Shown: in pieces, positions 8,651 to 17,549 of the stretch | How the letters are laid out: each line of letters starts with the position of its first letter | Position numbering within the stretch: position 1 is the stretch's first letter | IMG/VR virus record: IMGVR_UViG_3300044591_002232 | Span: 62,001-126,000 of that record | DNA length: 64,000 nucleotides | Direction: 5' to 3' (one strand) | Program-made: the position numbers and the translations under genes | Notes under the pieces: model-generated | The model's input: the letters and a program-made list of their open reading frames with translations, nothing else | What the model was told of the DNA's origin: nothing | Database searches by the model: none

Positions 8651-8962
8651 ATGGCCATCGAAATTTGTTACTCATGGGAAGCTGCTACCATTAGTGATTA
8701 TAAACCACTAGATGATATAACAGGTTGGCAGACTTGCCCCAACTGTGGAGAGCATCCACGTACCTGGGTGTTTGACAATGGGAATTATGCAAAATGCCGG
8801 TGTGGACATAAGTATGAAGGTGGAGTAGCCGCCGAAACAGTTTATGAGGCATGTGGTAAAAGAAAAATTCCTTATCTAGAATGGAAAGATTTTCTACGAG
8901 TAGCATGGAATAATCACTGTGAACTAATTCGGTCTCATACACTATCTAAGGAAATCAAATGA
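8651..8962 (+). CDS. Zn-ribbon (Lar-like) protein
   Basis: CPNCGE...CRCG. Confidence 0.6.
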   Translation: MAIEICYSWEAATISDYKPLDDITGWQTCPNCGEHPRTWVFDNGNYAKCRCGHKYEGGVAAETVYEACGKRKIPYLEWKDFLRVAWNNHCELIRSHTLSKEIK

Positions 8963-9147
8963 TTAACTTTTTTCATCGCCTTTTTCTTGCCAAGACTGAA
9001 GATGATTTGAGACTAGAAAGTTTAAGAGACATTAACGAACAATTAAAAGAGACTAATGATAGGTTAGAAGAAACCTCCGCCAAACTAAAAGAAAGTGTTG
9101 ATAGATGTATTGATAGACTGAGGAACAAGCGGAGGACACCTGACTAA
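8959..9147 (+). CDS. Coiled-coil hypothetical protein
   Basis: ATGA overlap; C-terminal TPD* encoded by the promoter repeat. Confidence 0.65.
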   Translation: MINFFHRLFLAKTEDDLRLESLRDINEQLKETNDRLEETSAKLKESVDRCIDRLRNKRRTPD

Positions 9148-9214
9148 CTGGCACAAGCACCCGACCAGACCTACCAATTTTCTTTTATACTGATTCCAGT
9201 TCAACCAACTCATT

Positions 9215-9418
9215 ATGGCACTTTCTCAAAACCGATTTGTTGATTTGGGTCAACAAATCTATCAACAAATGGTTAAAGAGTATCACGACCTCCTTCACCA
9301 CGATGATACTTATGGTGAACTTGTGGAAAATAGAACCACCTATCGAATGTTTGCTGAAATGTCCTTTGCGGCAGCAGAAGAGTTTGTAGAAGTATTCCGC
9401 AATCAAGAAGACAACTGA
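9215..9418 (+). CDS. Hypothetical protein
   Basis: Follows promoter 9135. Confidence 0.7.
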   Translation: MALSQNRFVDLGQQIYQQMVKEYHDLLHHDDTYGELVENRTTYRMFAEMSFAAAEEFVEVFRNQEDN

Positions 9419-9496
9419 AATGACCAAAACTTACAATTTTCAGGTTACTAAAGAACAACTTAAAGTAATTTCTACCTTTTATAACTAATTGAAATT

Positions 9497-9733
9497 ATGA
9501 CACTTTCTTACGATCTACTTCAACTTTCGTTTCAAAACAACTCAACTATCGAAAAAGTCAAAAAATCTCTTAGACTCGCCGCAGAAGATGGTCTTATTTC
9601 TTGTGAAATAGACAATATCGAACAGGAGGAGGTTAGTATTATTATTGCCTATTTGAAAGATGAGGGGATTAAATTGTGGAATTACAACAAATACACTAAA
9701 AGTATTTTTGTTTCATGGGTGACACCTGATTAA
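9497..9733 (+). CDS. Hypothetical protein (paralog of 7929-8156)
   Basis: See paralog. Confidence 0.75.
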   Translation: MTLSYDLLQLSFQNNSTIEKVKKSLRLAAEDGLISCEIDNIEQEEVSIIIAYLKDEGIKLWNYNKYTKSIFVSWVTPD

Positions 9734-9804
9734 CTGGCACAAGCACCCGACCAGACCCACTGATTCTGCTGTATTCTACATTTGTCGTTAAGGGAATTCA
9801 ACCC

Positions 9805-10566
9805 GTGAACCTGACTCTCAAGTTTTCTTTTGGCAACAACAAATTGGCCAATGATACTCTGATTTTCAATCTCCCGGCTGGCAAAACCTGTCCTGGCGCC
9901 GATAAATGCCTGGCTTTTGCTAAGGAAGTCGATGGTAAACGAATTCTAGTTAATGGCTCTCAAATGGAGTTTCGTTGTTTTGCTGCATGTTCTGAGGCCC
10001 AGTATCCGGCTGTTTATGATGCCCGTCAGCACAATTGGGAAACCGTAAAGAATCTTATTAAAACTTTTGGTGTAGGCAAGGCCGGTAAGATTGTGGCCGA
10101 TCAGATCCAGTCTGTTCGTAAAAAGTCTACTAAACTTGTTCGGGTCCACGGAAGCGGCGACCTGTATTCTGCTGATTATTTTGCAATGTGGATGCACGTC
10201 TGTCGCCTTATTCCCGATCTTACTTTTTATGCTTATTCTAAGAATCTTCCCATGATTCTTGAGTATGGAATGGATATGTTGCCCAAGAACTTCTATCTTA
10301 CTGCCTCTAAAGGTGGCAAGTTTGACTACCTTATTGATGAAGGATTCTTCCCACGTTATTCTGTTGTGGTCAAAAATGATGCCGAAGCAGAAGCAATGGG
10401 TCTGGAAGTTGATCATGATGATTCTCATTGCTACAAGCAAGATGGGCCATTTGCTCTACTTGTTCATGGTAATCAGCCTGCTGGTAGTGAATGGCGCGAG
10501 GCGATTAAAGAGCGTAAAATCAACAATCAATTCACTGGGTATAATAAAAAGAAAGCGGCTGTGTAA
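9805..10566 (+). CDS. GP88-like protein (radical-SAM-related fold)
   Basis: FNLPAGKTCPGA...CFA...VRVHGSGDLYS...FYAYSK pattern. Confidence 0.7.
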   Translation: MNLTLKFSFGNNKLANDTLIFNLPAGKTCPGADKCLAFAKEVDGKRILVNGSQMEFRCFAACSEAQYPAVYDARQHNWETVKNLIKTFGVGKAGKIVADQIQSVRKKSTKLVRVHGSGDLYSADYFAMWMHVCRLIPDLTFYAYSKNLPMILEYGMDMLPKNFYLTASKGGKFDYLIDEGFFPRYSVVVKNDAEAEAMGLEVDHDDSHCYKQDGPFALLVHGNQPAGSEWREAIKERKINNQFTGYNKKKAAV

Positions 10567-10571
10567 TACTC

Positions 10572-10598
10572 AAAAAGAGGGGTAAATCCCCTCTTTTT
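10572..10598. terminator. Bidirectional intrinsic terminator
   Basis: AAAAAGAGGGG-TAAAT-CCCCTCTTTTT. Confidence 0.85.
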
Positions 10599-10722
10599 AT
10601 TTAAATTTTATTTTAGATAAAATTCTGTGGTTTTTATGGTGTGAACATTTTCCGATTAATGTCATATGCATTGCCCGATGATCTAAACCATTATCTCTAC
10701 AAAATTCCCTTAAATTTATAAT
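10597..10722 (-). pseudogene. C-terminal remnant of a homing endonuclease (NUMOD1-like DNA-binding domain)
   Basis: IINLREFCRDNGLDHRAMHMTLIGKCSHHKNHRI...*, similar to the C-terminus of 27756-28949; no start codon. Confidence 0.55.
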
Positions 10723-10803
10723 GTGCCTTGAGATTCAATATATTTTCTAATTGTTTCTGTTGATACTTCTCCTTTTGTGGTGGTTTTCTTTGTTGTATTT
10801 CAT
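10716..10803 (-). pseudogene. tnpA: Internally deleted IS200/IS605 Y1 transposase
   Basis: MKYNKENHHK joined out of frame to GEVSTETIRKYIESQG, the Y1 C-terminal helix; divergent from tnpB. Confidence 0.65.
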
Positions 10804-10855
10804 TTTATCTTGAAGTATTTAATTTGCTAAATAATAGTAGGTAATCATTCATTTA

Positions 10856-12064
10856 ATGTTGGTCCAAAAATCGGTTAAACTTAGAATCTATCCAAATAAC
10901 AAACAAGATGTTATTCTTCTTGAAAAGCATTTTGGTTGCAGGAGATTCGTGTATAATCATTTTCTAGAAATATTTAATGAAAATTACCACCAGGGTAAAA
11001 AGAAGTTGTCCTATGTTGATGCCGCCAAGATTCTTGTTGACCTTAAAAAGTCAGAAGAAGCTCAATGGTTGAAAGAAGTTAATTCGCAATCTCTTCAGGC
11101 AACGCTTAAGGACTTAGATGGGGCTTTTGATAGGTTTGATAGGAAAATAACCGAGTTTCCTAATTATAAGACTAAAAGAAAATCCAGAGCATCATTTAAG
11201 GTCCCTCAGCATTTTGATATTGATTGGGAAAACAATCTTATTACTATCCCTAAATTTAAGACTCCATTTAAGTTTAGTGGAAAGTACAAGGGTGACCTGG
11301 TTAAAATTAATTCTGTTACTATTTCAAAAACTCCTTCTGGAAAGTATTATGCTTCCGTTCAAGGAGAATTTGATATTCAACCAAAACCACAAGTTGAAAA
11401 CTGTATCGGGATTGATTTGGGAATTAAGGATTTGGTCATTACTTCTAATGGCGAAGTTTTTCCAAACAAAAGATTCCTTAAGAGAAAATTAAAAACTCTT
11501 AAGTATATCCAGAGACAACATTCTAAAAAGAAAAGAAATTCAACAACAAGAGAACGATGGAGAAAAAAGTTAGCAATTCATTATGAAAAAGTAACTAATC
11601 AAAGATTAGATTATCTTCACCAAATTACTTCTCAACTCATTAACGAAAACCAAGTTATTTGTATTGAGAATTTGAACGTGAAAGGAATGGTCAAGAACCA
11701 TAAATTAGCCCAGGCCATTAGTGATGTTGCCTGGGGCACACTAGTTAGACTGTTAGAGTATAAATGTCAATGGAACTCAAGAGAACTTGTTGTTATCGAT
11801 AGATTCTATCCTTCAAGTAAAACTTGTAGTTCTTGCAGTCATTTGATGGCGGAAATGCCTCTAAATGTAAGAGAATGGACTTGTCCTTCTTGTGGAACGG
11901 TTCACGATAGAGACATCAATGCTGCCAAAAACATTCTAATTCAAGGATTAAATATTCTGTCTGGTTCAGGAACTGAGTCGGACATTAAACAAAAACAGCA
12001 GGAGGCGTCTTCAATAGAAGAGTCTGTGAATGCTGAAACCGCGATGTCTTCAGCTTCGCGGTAG
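10856..12064 (+). CDS. tnpB: RNA-guided endonuclease TnpB
   Basis: N-terminal HTH (LRIYPN...FGCRRFVYN), RuvC-I GIDLG, RuvC-II IENL, Zn finger CSSC/CPSC, RuvC-III DRDINAA. Confidence 0.95.
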   Translation: MLVQKSVKLRIYPNNKQDVILLEKHFGCRRFVYNHFLEIFNENYHQGKKKLSYVDAAKILVDLKKSEEAQWLKEVNSQSLQATLKDLDGAFDRFDRKITEFPNYKTKRKSRASFKVPQHFDIDWENNLITIPKFKTPFKFSGKYKGDLVKINSVTISKTPSGKYYASVQGEFDIQPKPQVENCIGIDLGIKDLVITSNGEVFPNKRFLKRKLKTLKYIQRQHSKKKRNSTTRERWRKKLAIHYEKVTNQRLDYLHQITSQLINENQVICIENLNVKGMVKNHKLAQAISDVAWGTLVRLLEYKCQWNSRELVVIDRFYPSSKTCSSCSHLMAEMPLNVREWTCPSCGTVHDRDINAAKNILIQGLNILSGSGTESDIKQKQQEASSIEESVNAETAMSSASR

Positions 12065-12088
12065 TTCATGATAAGGGTTGTTATGCCA
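11930..12088 (+). ncRNA. Putative TnpB omega/reRNA with guide from about 12069
   Basis: Expected position overlapping the tnpB 3' end; hairpins at 12008-12021 and 12038-12062; 5' boundary uncertain. Confidence 0.55.
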
Positions 12089-12636
12089 AATACGGTCCCG
12101 TGGCCATCCATTGGCGCAAGGTTTCCAATAAAGAACGGGGCACCGATTGGGATGGTTTTGTAAAACAAATTGCGAGGCTCCCTAAAAATCAACTTTGGCG
12201 TCATGGACAGGCCGGTGATCTACCCCATAATAATGGAAACATTGATTACATCAAACTCAAAAAGTTGATCACGGCCAATACAAATAAAAGGGGCTACACC
12301 TATACTCACCATATTCTCAACGAGCACAATCGCATCTGCATTGAGAACGCTAATGCAAGGGGTTTTGCAATCAATGCTTCTACTGAATCAGTAGAAGTTG
12401 CAGACAAGGTAATGTCCGAATATGGAATTCCGGCAGTTGCGGTTGTTCCTTCTGATAAGACCGAGAGGTTTTATCAAACAGAATCTGGCAGAAAAGTTAT
12501 TACCTGCCCGGCCACTATTCATGATAATGTGAATTGCGCTACGTGTGGTCTTTGTGCAGTCACTGATCGGGAGTTTATTATTGCCTTCCCGGCTCATTCT
12601 CCTGCCAAGAAAACAGTTAATGAGATTGTTGGGTGA
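12070..12636 (+). pseudogene. 5'-truncated GP88-related (DUF7227-like) gene
   Basis: Frame continues upstream of GTG 12100 as DKGCYAKYGP to the IS right end; the expected N-terminal Cys segment is absent; may still be translated from GTG 12100. Confidence 0.55.
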
Positions 12637-12638
12637 AA

Positions 12639-12911
12639 ATGACTATTTTTCATGGTGGATGTATTACCTGTGAAAGTCAGGAAATTTATGGCGAATCTAG
12701 GTGTAGTGGTTGTCAATATTTCGAGGATAATTGGAATTTACCGGATTTAGCATACAGGGATGGAGATCCTTTTTATAATTTTGTTGCCCCATCATCGACA
12801 TTTGATTTTTATACCTATCAAATGTTTCTAGATGTTGCTAGACCAGAAGAATTAGAGGGAGATTATTGTAGTTTTGATACTTATGATAAATTAGGTGTGA
12901 CACCTGAATAA
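12639..12911 (+). CDS. Hypothetical Cys-containing protein
   Basis: CITC...CSGC; C-terminal TPE* from the repeat. Confidence 0.6.
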   Translation: MTIFHGGCITCESQEIYGESRCSGCQYFEDNWNLPDLAYRDGDPFYNFVAPSSTFDFYTYQMFLDVARPEELEGDYCSFDTYDKLGVTPE

Positions 12912-12977
12912 CTGGCACAAGACCCACCACCACCAGACCATTCTAGCCTTACAATAATCACAGTTCAAAAAAACACC

Positions 12978-13490
12978 ATGTTTTCTTCTCTGATTCCTTT
13001 CTCTGGTTTTTATGGATCTATTCATAATTCCTACATGGATGATGTTCTTGAAATGCGAGAGGCCGAAGTAAGTGATTGGAGAAATGTATTTGAGGAATAT
13101 GCAAAAGAATATGTCAAAAAACTAGCCGAGTGGATGGATGTTTCTCTTGAATATGAAGAACTAATTTCACCCAAAGAATATAATTTTATGAATGATCGAA
13201 TCTTTGCAGAGATCAGCCGTTCTGATTTTGCCAAGATTTTGTGTGCCGTAAGAGGCACCACATTGAATAACAAGGTAAGGCAAATGTTCACTTCTCGTAG
13301 TGGATTTATTTCTCATTATCCCAATCGCATTTCAGAATGGGGTCGAATTTCCACCTGGGATCATAACCAGATTGGTGCTGTTCTTGCAGCCTATGTAGAC
13401 AAATACCGGGAATCTGACGATATTGAGGCAAACATTGCAGAATCCATTTATGAGGATGGAACTCTTGAATCTATTATGCTGGAGGGTTGA
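12978..13490 (+). CDS. Conserved phage hypothetical protein
   Basis: IPFSGFY...SPKEYNF...FTSRSGFIS. Confidence 0.75.
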   Translation: MFSSLIPFSGFYGSIHNSYMDDVLEMREAEVSDWRNVFEEYAKEYVKKLAEWMDVSLEYEELISPKEYNFMNDRIFAEISRSDFAKILCAVRGTTLNNKVRQMFTSRSGFISHYPNRISEWGRISTWDHNQIGAVLAAYVDKYRESDDIEANIAESIYEDGTLESIMLEG

Positions 13491-13492
13491 TT

Positions 13493-13792
13493 ATGATTAA
13501 AACTACTTCCTGGATTACATTAGACGGCTATTCTTGTTTTAGGGCAATAGAAGGAACAGATCCAAATGAAGTTAAGAATAGGGTAGCATTTATTGAGAAA
13601 ACCGCCAGGATTAGAATTTCCCCTTATGATGATAGTAAATGTTGGTCAGAAGATTACAAAAAATGGAGATATGGGCCGAGAGGCGTAGGGGGATCTGGTG
13701 ATGCAGAAAAAAAAGAAATTTATGGATTTTATCCACCTTGCCGGGAATGGTGCGATAAACGATTGATCCTTCTTGGTTATGAATTAGGTTAA
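13493..13792 (+). CDS. Hypothetical protein
   Basis: ORF track. Confidence 0.65.
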   Translation: MIKTTSWITLDGYSCFRAIEGTDPNEVKNRVAFIEKTARIRISPYDDSKCWSEDYKKWRYGPRGVGGSGDAEKKEIYGFYPPCREWCDKRLILLGYELG

Positions 13793-13796
13793 TATA

Positions 13797-14057
13797 ATGC
13801 ATAAACGAAATTATTATTACGAAGTCAGGTGTGAGGGTGGAGAATTTTTTGATATTTCACCCAAATATAATTTTGAAAGGTCAGCCAATTATAGGTGGTT
13901 TCGTAGATATAATACAGCCCATGATTTTTGTAGGCAACTAAAATCTCTCGGTCTAGAACCATACATTGAGAAATGGATTAAACTATCCAAACGGTCTCCA
14001 AAATATAGTAAACCTGGCACCCATCGAGTCATTACTTTCTTACCCAATTATGATTGA
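13797..14057 (+). CDS. Hypothetical protein
   Basis: ORF track. Confidence 0.6.
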   Translation: MHKRNYYYEVRCEGGEFFDISPKYNFERSANYRWFRRYNTAHDFCRQLKSLGLEPYIEKWIKLSKRSPKYSKPGTHRVITFLPNYD

Positions 14058-14442
14058 ACTATTTTTATTGATTCTTCCACCTGTCGCAGTGCATTTCTAT
14101 TTTAAGAACATTTCTAAAAAGTTTGAGGAGGCCAAGACCACTGAATTTTATTGTGAGATGCGAGAATTTCTAAAATATAGGAATTCTCATGTTCGTTTTG
14201 GTCTTGCGTTAAATCGAAAACTACCAATTGAGTTTTTAGATGTATTGACAGCAGACAAGAATAAAGAAGTAAAATATATTGCAACAATGAATTATAATCA
14301 CAGGACATATATGGCAAATGAGTATTCAGATTTTTATAATTTAGTTAATGGTGATCAGGAATTACTGGACACTTTTCTCTCAATTTCCCCAGTTATTCTC
14401 GACGATTATTTGTATCTTTATGGCAAGCGTGACAGTCTGTGA
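14050..14442 (+). CDS. Hypothetical protein with N-terminal TM segment
   Basis: ATG 14050 overlaps upstream stop. Confidence 0.65.
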   Translation: MIELFLLILPPVAVHFYFKNISKKFEEAKTTEFYCEMREFLKYRNSHVRFGLALNRKLPIEFLDVLTADKNKEVKYIATMNYNHRTYMANEYSDFYNLVNGDQELLDTFLSISPVILDDYLYLYGKRDSL

Positions 14443-14508
14443 ACTGTCCACTGACCTACCACCAACAATCAATTCTCTTTTATACTGATCTCAGTTCAAC
14501 CAATTCCT

Positions 14509-14922
14509 ATGAAAGTCTCTAATCGACGTGTTACATCTCTTAATGGTGATCCACTTGGTCTATTTATTCTTGATTGTTTTGTTATTCTGGATCAAAAAAA
14601 CCAAAACCGAGTAGCTAAGGCTGTAGAGCTTCTTGAACAAGAACTATTTGAACCAACTACACCTAAAGATGAATATGATGTGGTTCTTACAATTGATGGT
14701 GTGGAGATTGATCTAGAACAAGTTGTTAATTATTGGTACAAACGTCAAGAGGGGACTCTTAATTATAGGGCTCTAGAACTATTCAAAGAAAAAACAGATT
14801 CAATTGAAAATCAGATGCGCGAAACAATTTTAGCAGTACAGGAACAATTTAATGATCTAAAAATGTCCGTGGCCGAAAAGTTCGGAACTTCTTATGATCC
14901 TTATGAGGATACTTTTATCTAA
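14509..14922 (+). CDS. Hypothetical protein
   Basis: Follows promoter 14431. Confidence 0.75.
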   Translation: MKVSNRRVTSLNGDPLGLFILDCFVILDQKNQNRVAKAVELLEQELFEPTTPKDEYDVVLTIDGVEIDLEQVVNYWYKRQEGTLNYRALELFKEKTDSIENQMRETILAVQEQFNDLKMSVAEKFGTSYDPYEDTFI

Positions 14923-14930
14923 TTTTTATC

Positions 14931-15191
14931 ATGGCTCTTTCTATTCAGCAACAAATTGCCTCTATCAAAAATCAACTAGCCCAGCTAGAAGATCGAATTA
15001 AAGAAGAGAATTCAAAAGTGGAAAAAACTTTTACAATTACGTTTGAATATAAAACTGATAGTGAATTTTGGGGAGGAGAGGAACCTACTAGTTCTATGAT
15101 TTTTGAATCAATTGCGCATAGTTTTAATGAAATTCATTATGCAATGCAGATTGGTGATGGTTTGACTCTTAAAGAAGTTAAAGAAGTGTGA
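14931..15191 (+). CDS. Coiled-coil hypothetical protein
   Basis: ORF track; stop in the repeat. Confidence 0.7.
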   Translation: MALSIQQQIASIKNQLAQLEDRIKEENSKVEKTFTITFEYKTDSEFWGGEEPTSSMIFESIAHSFNEIHYAMQIGDGLTLKEVKEV

Positions 15192-15270
15192 CACTTCCCA
15201 AACTGTCCACTGATCCACCCAAACCAGCCCACCATCCATCATAATAAGGAAGTCCCAAGCAAATCACACT

Positions 15271-15456
15271 ATGGACAACGAACTTTATTCTTTCTCTCTT
15301 GCGCTTCATGGAAATGATCTTAATGCAATGATTCCATGGCTTTGTAATTTTTGGGCGCAGCATTACAATTTTCTTGTTGATCTTCCTATTTTTGAGGAAT
15401 ATGAGCAAGAATGGTTCCGGCAACAATACAATTTCAACAAAATCTACGATTGCTGA
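15271..15456 (+). CDS. Hypothetical protein
   Basis: Follows promoter 15190. Confidence 0.65.
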   Translation: MDNELYSFSLALHGNDLNAMIPWLCNFWAQHYNFLVDLPIFEEYEQEWFRQQYNFNKIYDC

Positions 15457-15611
15457 TGTCTTTCATTCTTGCCTCTGACATTCAAACCCAGCAAACTATC
15501 TGGGTTGCTTATAAGGATGAAGAAATGTGTCTTTTTCGTGGCGATCCGGTGACTGCGACTGCAGTACAACTGGCAAATCACTATTCGGTTCTTTATTCTC
15601 AAGACAAATGA
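15456..15611 (+). CDS. Hypothetical protein
   Basis: TGATG coupling. Confidence 0.55.
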   Translation: MSFILASDIQTQQTIWVAYKDEEMCLFRGDPVTATAVQLANHYSVLYSQDK

Positions 15612-15832
15612 TCAAATCAATTGAATCTATCACTCCACGAGATAATCACTTCATCGTGGAGGCAATTATTGAGGATGGAGTAATGGTTTCTGGGGCCACC
15701 CTTTATGATCCACCAGAATATGCAGATTGTATCTGTCGTGCAGAAATTTCTCTTCTTGAAGAAGAGATTACAATTGATATTCTTGAAGAAATGGATATTG
15801 AATGGATGCCAATTGATGATCGGGACTGGTGA
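15608..15832 (+). CDS. Hypothetical acidic protein
   Basis: ATGA coupling. Confidence 0.65.
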   Translation: MIKSIESITPRDNHFIVEAIIEDGVMVSGATLYDPPEYADCICRAEISLLEEEITIDILEEMDIEWMPIDDRDW

Positions 15833-16014
15833 TGAAAATTGATCTTTCTAAGTTTGTAGGTCAAGAAGTAGAGGCAACTCTACAATGTGGAGAAAAAATT
15901 GTCGGAGTCGTGACTTATGAAATCAGTTATAGTGAAACTAAACTTAATTATAAAGTTGGACTGAAAAATTGTGATACATTTACTGTTGATGGTTTTATCG
16001 GCCTGATTGGTTGA
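15832..16014 (+). CDS. Hypothetical protein
   Basis: TGATG coupling. Confidence 0.55.
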   Translation: MKIDLSKFVGQEVEATLQCGEKIVGVVTYEISYSETKLNYKVGLKNCDTFTVDGFIGLIG

Positions 16015-16058
16015 ATCGTTACCCATTCTCTCCATGCAACATTATCAAAATTAAACCC

Positions 16059-16391
16059 ATGAAAAAGTATCAAAAACTAGAGCAACAAGTCGAGGATCTT
16101 CAAAAAGAAATTGAACGACTGAAAGAAGAAGAAAAAGAGAATACACTCCCTAAAGATTTTATACTAGATCATGCCCTGTCATTCTTAGATTGTCCAAATT
16201 TTTTGGATCTTGTCAATATGTTTACATGGCATAGTTCACCCCAAGGTCAGGTTTATTGGGAGGACCTTTATACTGAAATGAATAATTATCAATCCGAATC
16301 AGGTGACAATCCTGATTATAAAGTACCGGACGAGGCTATTATTCAGATTCAAAAATGGGTGATTGAATTTTATAGAAATAAGCTACGATAA
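16059..16391 (+). CDS. Hypothetical protein with N-terminal coiled coil
   Basis: MKKYQKLEQQVEDLQKEIERLK... Confidence 0.7.
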   Translation: MKKYQKLEQQVEDLQKEIERLKEEEKENTLPKDFILDHALSFLDCPNFLDLVNMFTWHSSPQGQVYWEDLYTEMNNYQSESGDNPDYKVPDEAIIQIQKWVIEFYRNKLR

Positions 16392-16495
16392 TTTCTCTCT
16401 GCTCTTTATAATATGCCAGTCACCAAACTGGCACAAGCGCCAACCTCTGACCACCTTCCTAGACTTACAATAGTCTCAGTTCAACCAAACCAGCC

Positions 16496-16876
16496 ATGAA
16501 AAAAACCATTAACGGAAAAGAGTACACTATTGGATGGGGCGCCAATCTTCGGGACGCCATTCTTCAGTACGCCGATCTTCGGGACGCCGATCTTGAGGGC
16601 GCCAATCTTCGGGACGCCGATCTTCGGGACGCCATTCTTCAGTACGCCGATCTTCGGGACGCCGATCTTCGGGGCGCCAATCTTCTGGGCGCCAATCTTG
16701 TGGACGCCGATCTTGAGGGCGCCAATCTTCGGGACGCCGATCTTGAGGGTGCCAATGTAAAGAATACAATTCTTGAAAAGAAAGAAGTTCTTGATGATAA
16801 GGACAAGAAAATTCAGGAATTAGAAAAAGAACTTAAAGAACTTAAAAACAAAATCAAGTCTCTTTTGGACACCTGA
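16496..16876 (+). CDS. Pentapeptide repeat protein
   Basis: A(N/D)LRD/ADLEG repeats and C-terminal coiled coil; follows promoter 16415. Confidence 0.9.
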   Translation: MKKTINGKEYTIGWGANLRDAILQYADLRDADLEGANLRDADLRDAILQYADLRDADLRGANLLGANLVDADLEGANLRDADLEGANVKNTILEKKEVLDDKDKKIQELEKELKELKNKIKSLLDT

Positions 16877-16948
16877 CTAACTGGCACAAGCGCCAGACTC
16901 ACCAGACCATTCTACCTGCTACAATAACCTCAGTTCACAACCACTCAA

Positions 16949-17233
16949 ATGAACACCCTAGAACTTCGCCGCCAACGTGTGAGTCAACTGATTAAAGAGG
17001 GGAGAGTTATGAATGACGCCCTTAGGCGTAAGAACAAAATTAAAGTCGCCCACGAACAAAAAGTAGAACAAATGGCCGATGTTATTCTGAGGCAACTGGC
17101 CACTAATTCCACACCAATTCGCAAGGTAACACCAATCAAACAAAATGCACCTGAAGCAAATGTTTTCTTGAAAACAAATGCAAAAACCGATAAACTCGCA
17201 ATTAAGGCAGCAAAAATTATTCAAAAACTATGA
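16949..17233 (+). CDS. Basic hypothetical protein
   Basis: Follows promoter 16868. Confidence 0.7.
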   Translation: MNTLELRRQRVSQLIKEGRVMNDALRRKNKIKVAHEQKVEQMADVILRQLATNSTPIRKVTPIKQNAPEANVFLKTNAKTDKLAIKAAKIIQKL

Positions 17234-17376
17234 ATTATTATCCTCCAGATGCAACTGTTCAAATCCGCCGAACAAGAATTAAAGGCAGTTGCAGATAAGT
17301 ATGGATTTGATCTTAGATTGGTAGATGATAATAAAGGTACTTGGTATTTCTATCCTGAAATTTATTCTGCTTGATT

Positions 17377-17547
17377 ATGAAATCTTCCCATGATTTGAAA
17401 CTCGTTTATATGTTAGACGAGGCAGTTTCTTCAATGAAAAAAGGCGAGGGGATTAGGAGTGGTTTTTATTTACGTGCGGCATACAATTATGTTCATGGAA
17501 TAAACTCTAACGAGGTAGAAATTGCTCTTGAAAATTACTATTCTTGA
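17377..17547 (+). CDS. Hypothetical protein
   Basis: Read manually, 56 aa. Confidence 0.5.
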   Translation: MKSSHDLKLVYMLDEAVSSMKKGEGIRSGFYLRAAYNYVHGINSNEVEIALENYYS

Positions 17548-17549
17548 TT

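Larger units (their letters stand above)
10716..12068 (+). mobile_element. Defective IS605-family element
   Basis: Divergent tnpA remnant plus intact tnpB; right-end hairpin ACCGCGA/TCGCGGT (12038-12062) then AGTTCA; left end not recognisable. Confidence 0.75.

Noticed and set aside
11941-12204. Minus-strand 87-aa ORF across the IS right end
   Set aside because: Antisense to tnpB and the next gene; no RBS or motif.
15832-16391. Single frameshifted gene joining 15832-16014 and 16011-16391
   Set aside because: Plausible, but both parts have their own starts; cannot be supported without homolog alignment.
16527-16769. Repetitive ORFs on alternate frames (WRPED and GTPIF repeats)
   Set aside because: Shadows of the pentapeptide repeat gene 16496-16876.
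17230-17374. Short ORF(s) MNYYPPD / MQLFKSAEQ
   Set aside because: Start and frame are ambiguous; too short to call confidently.
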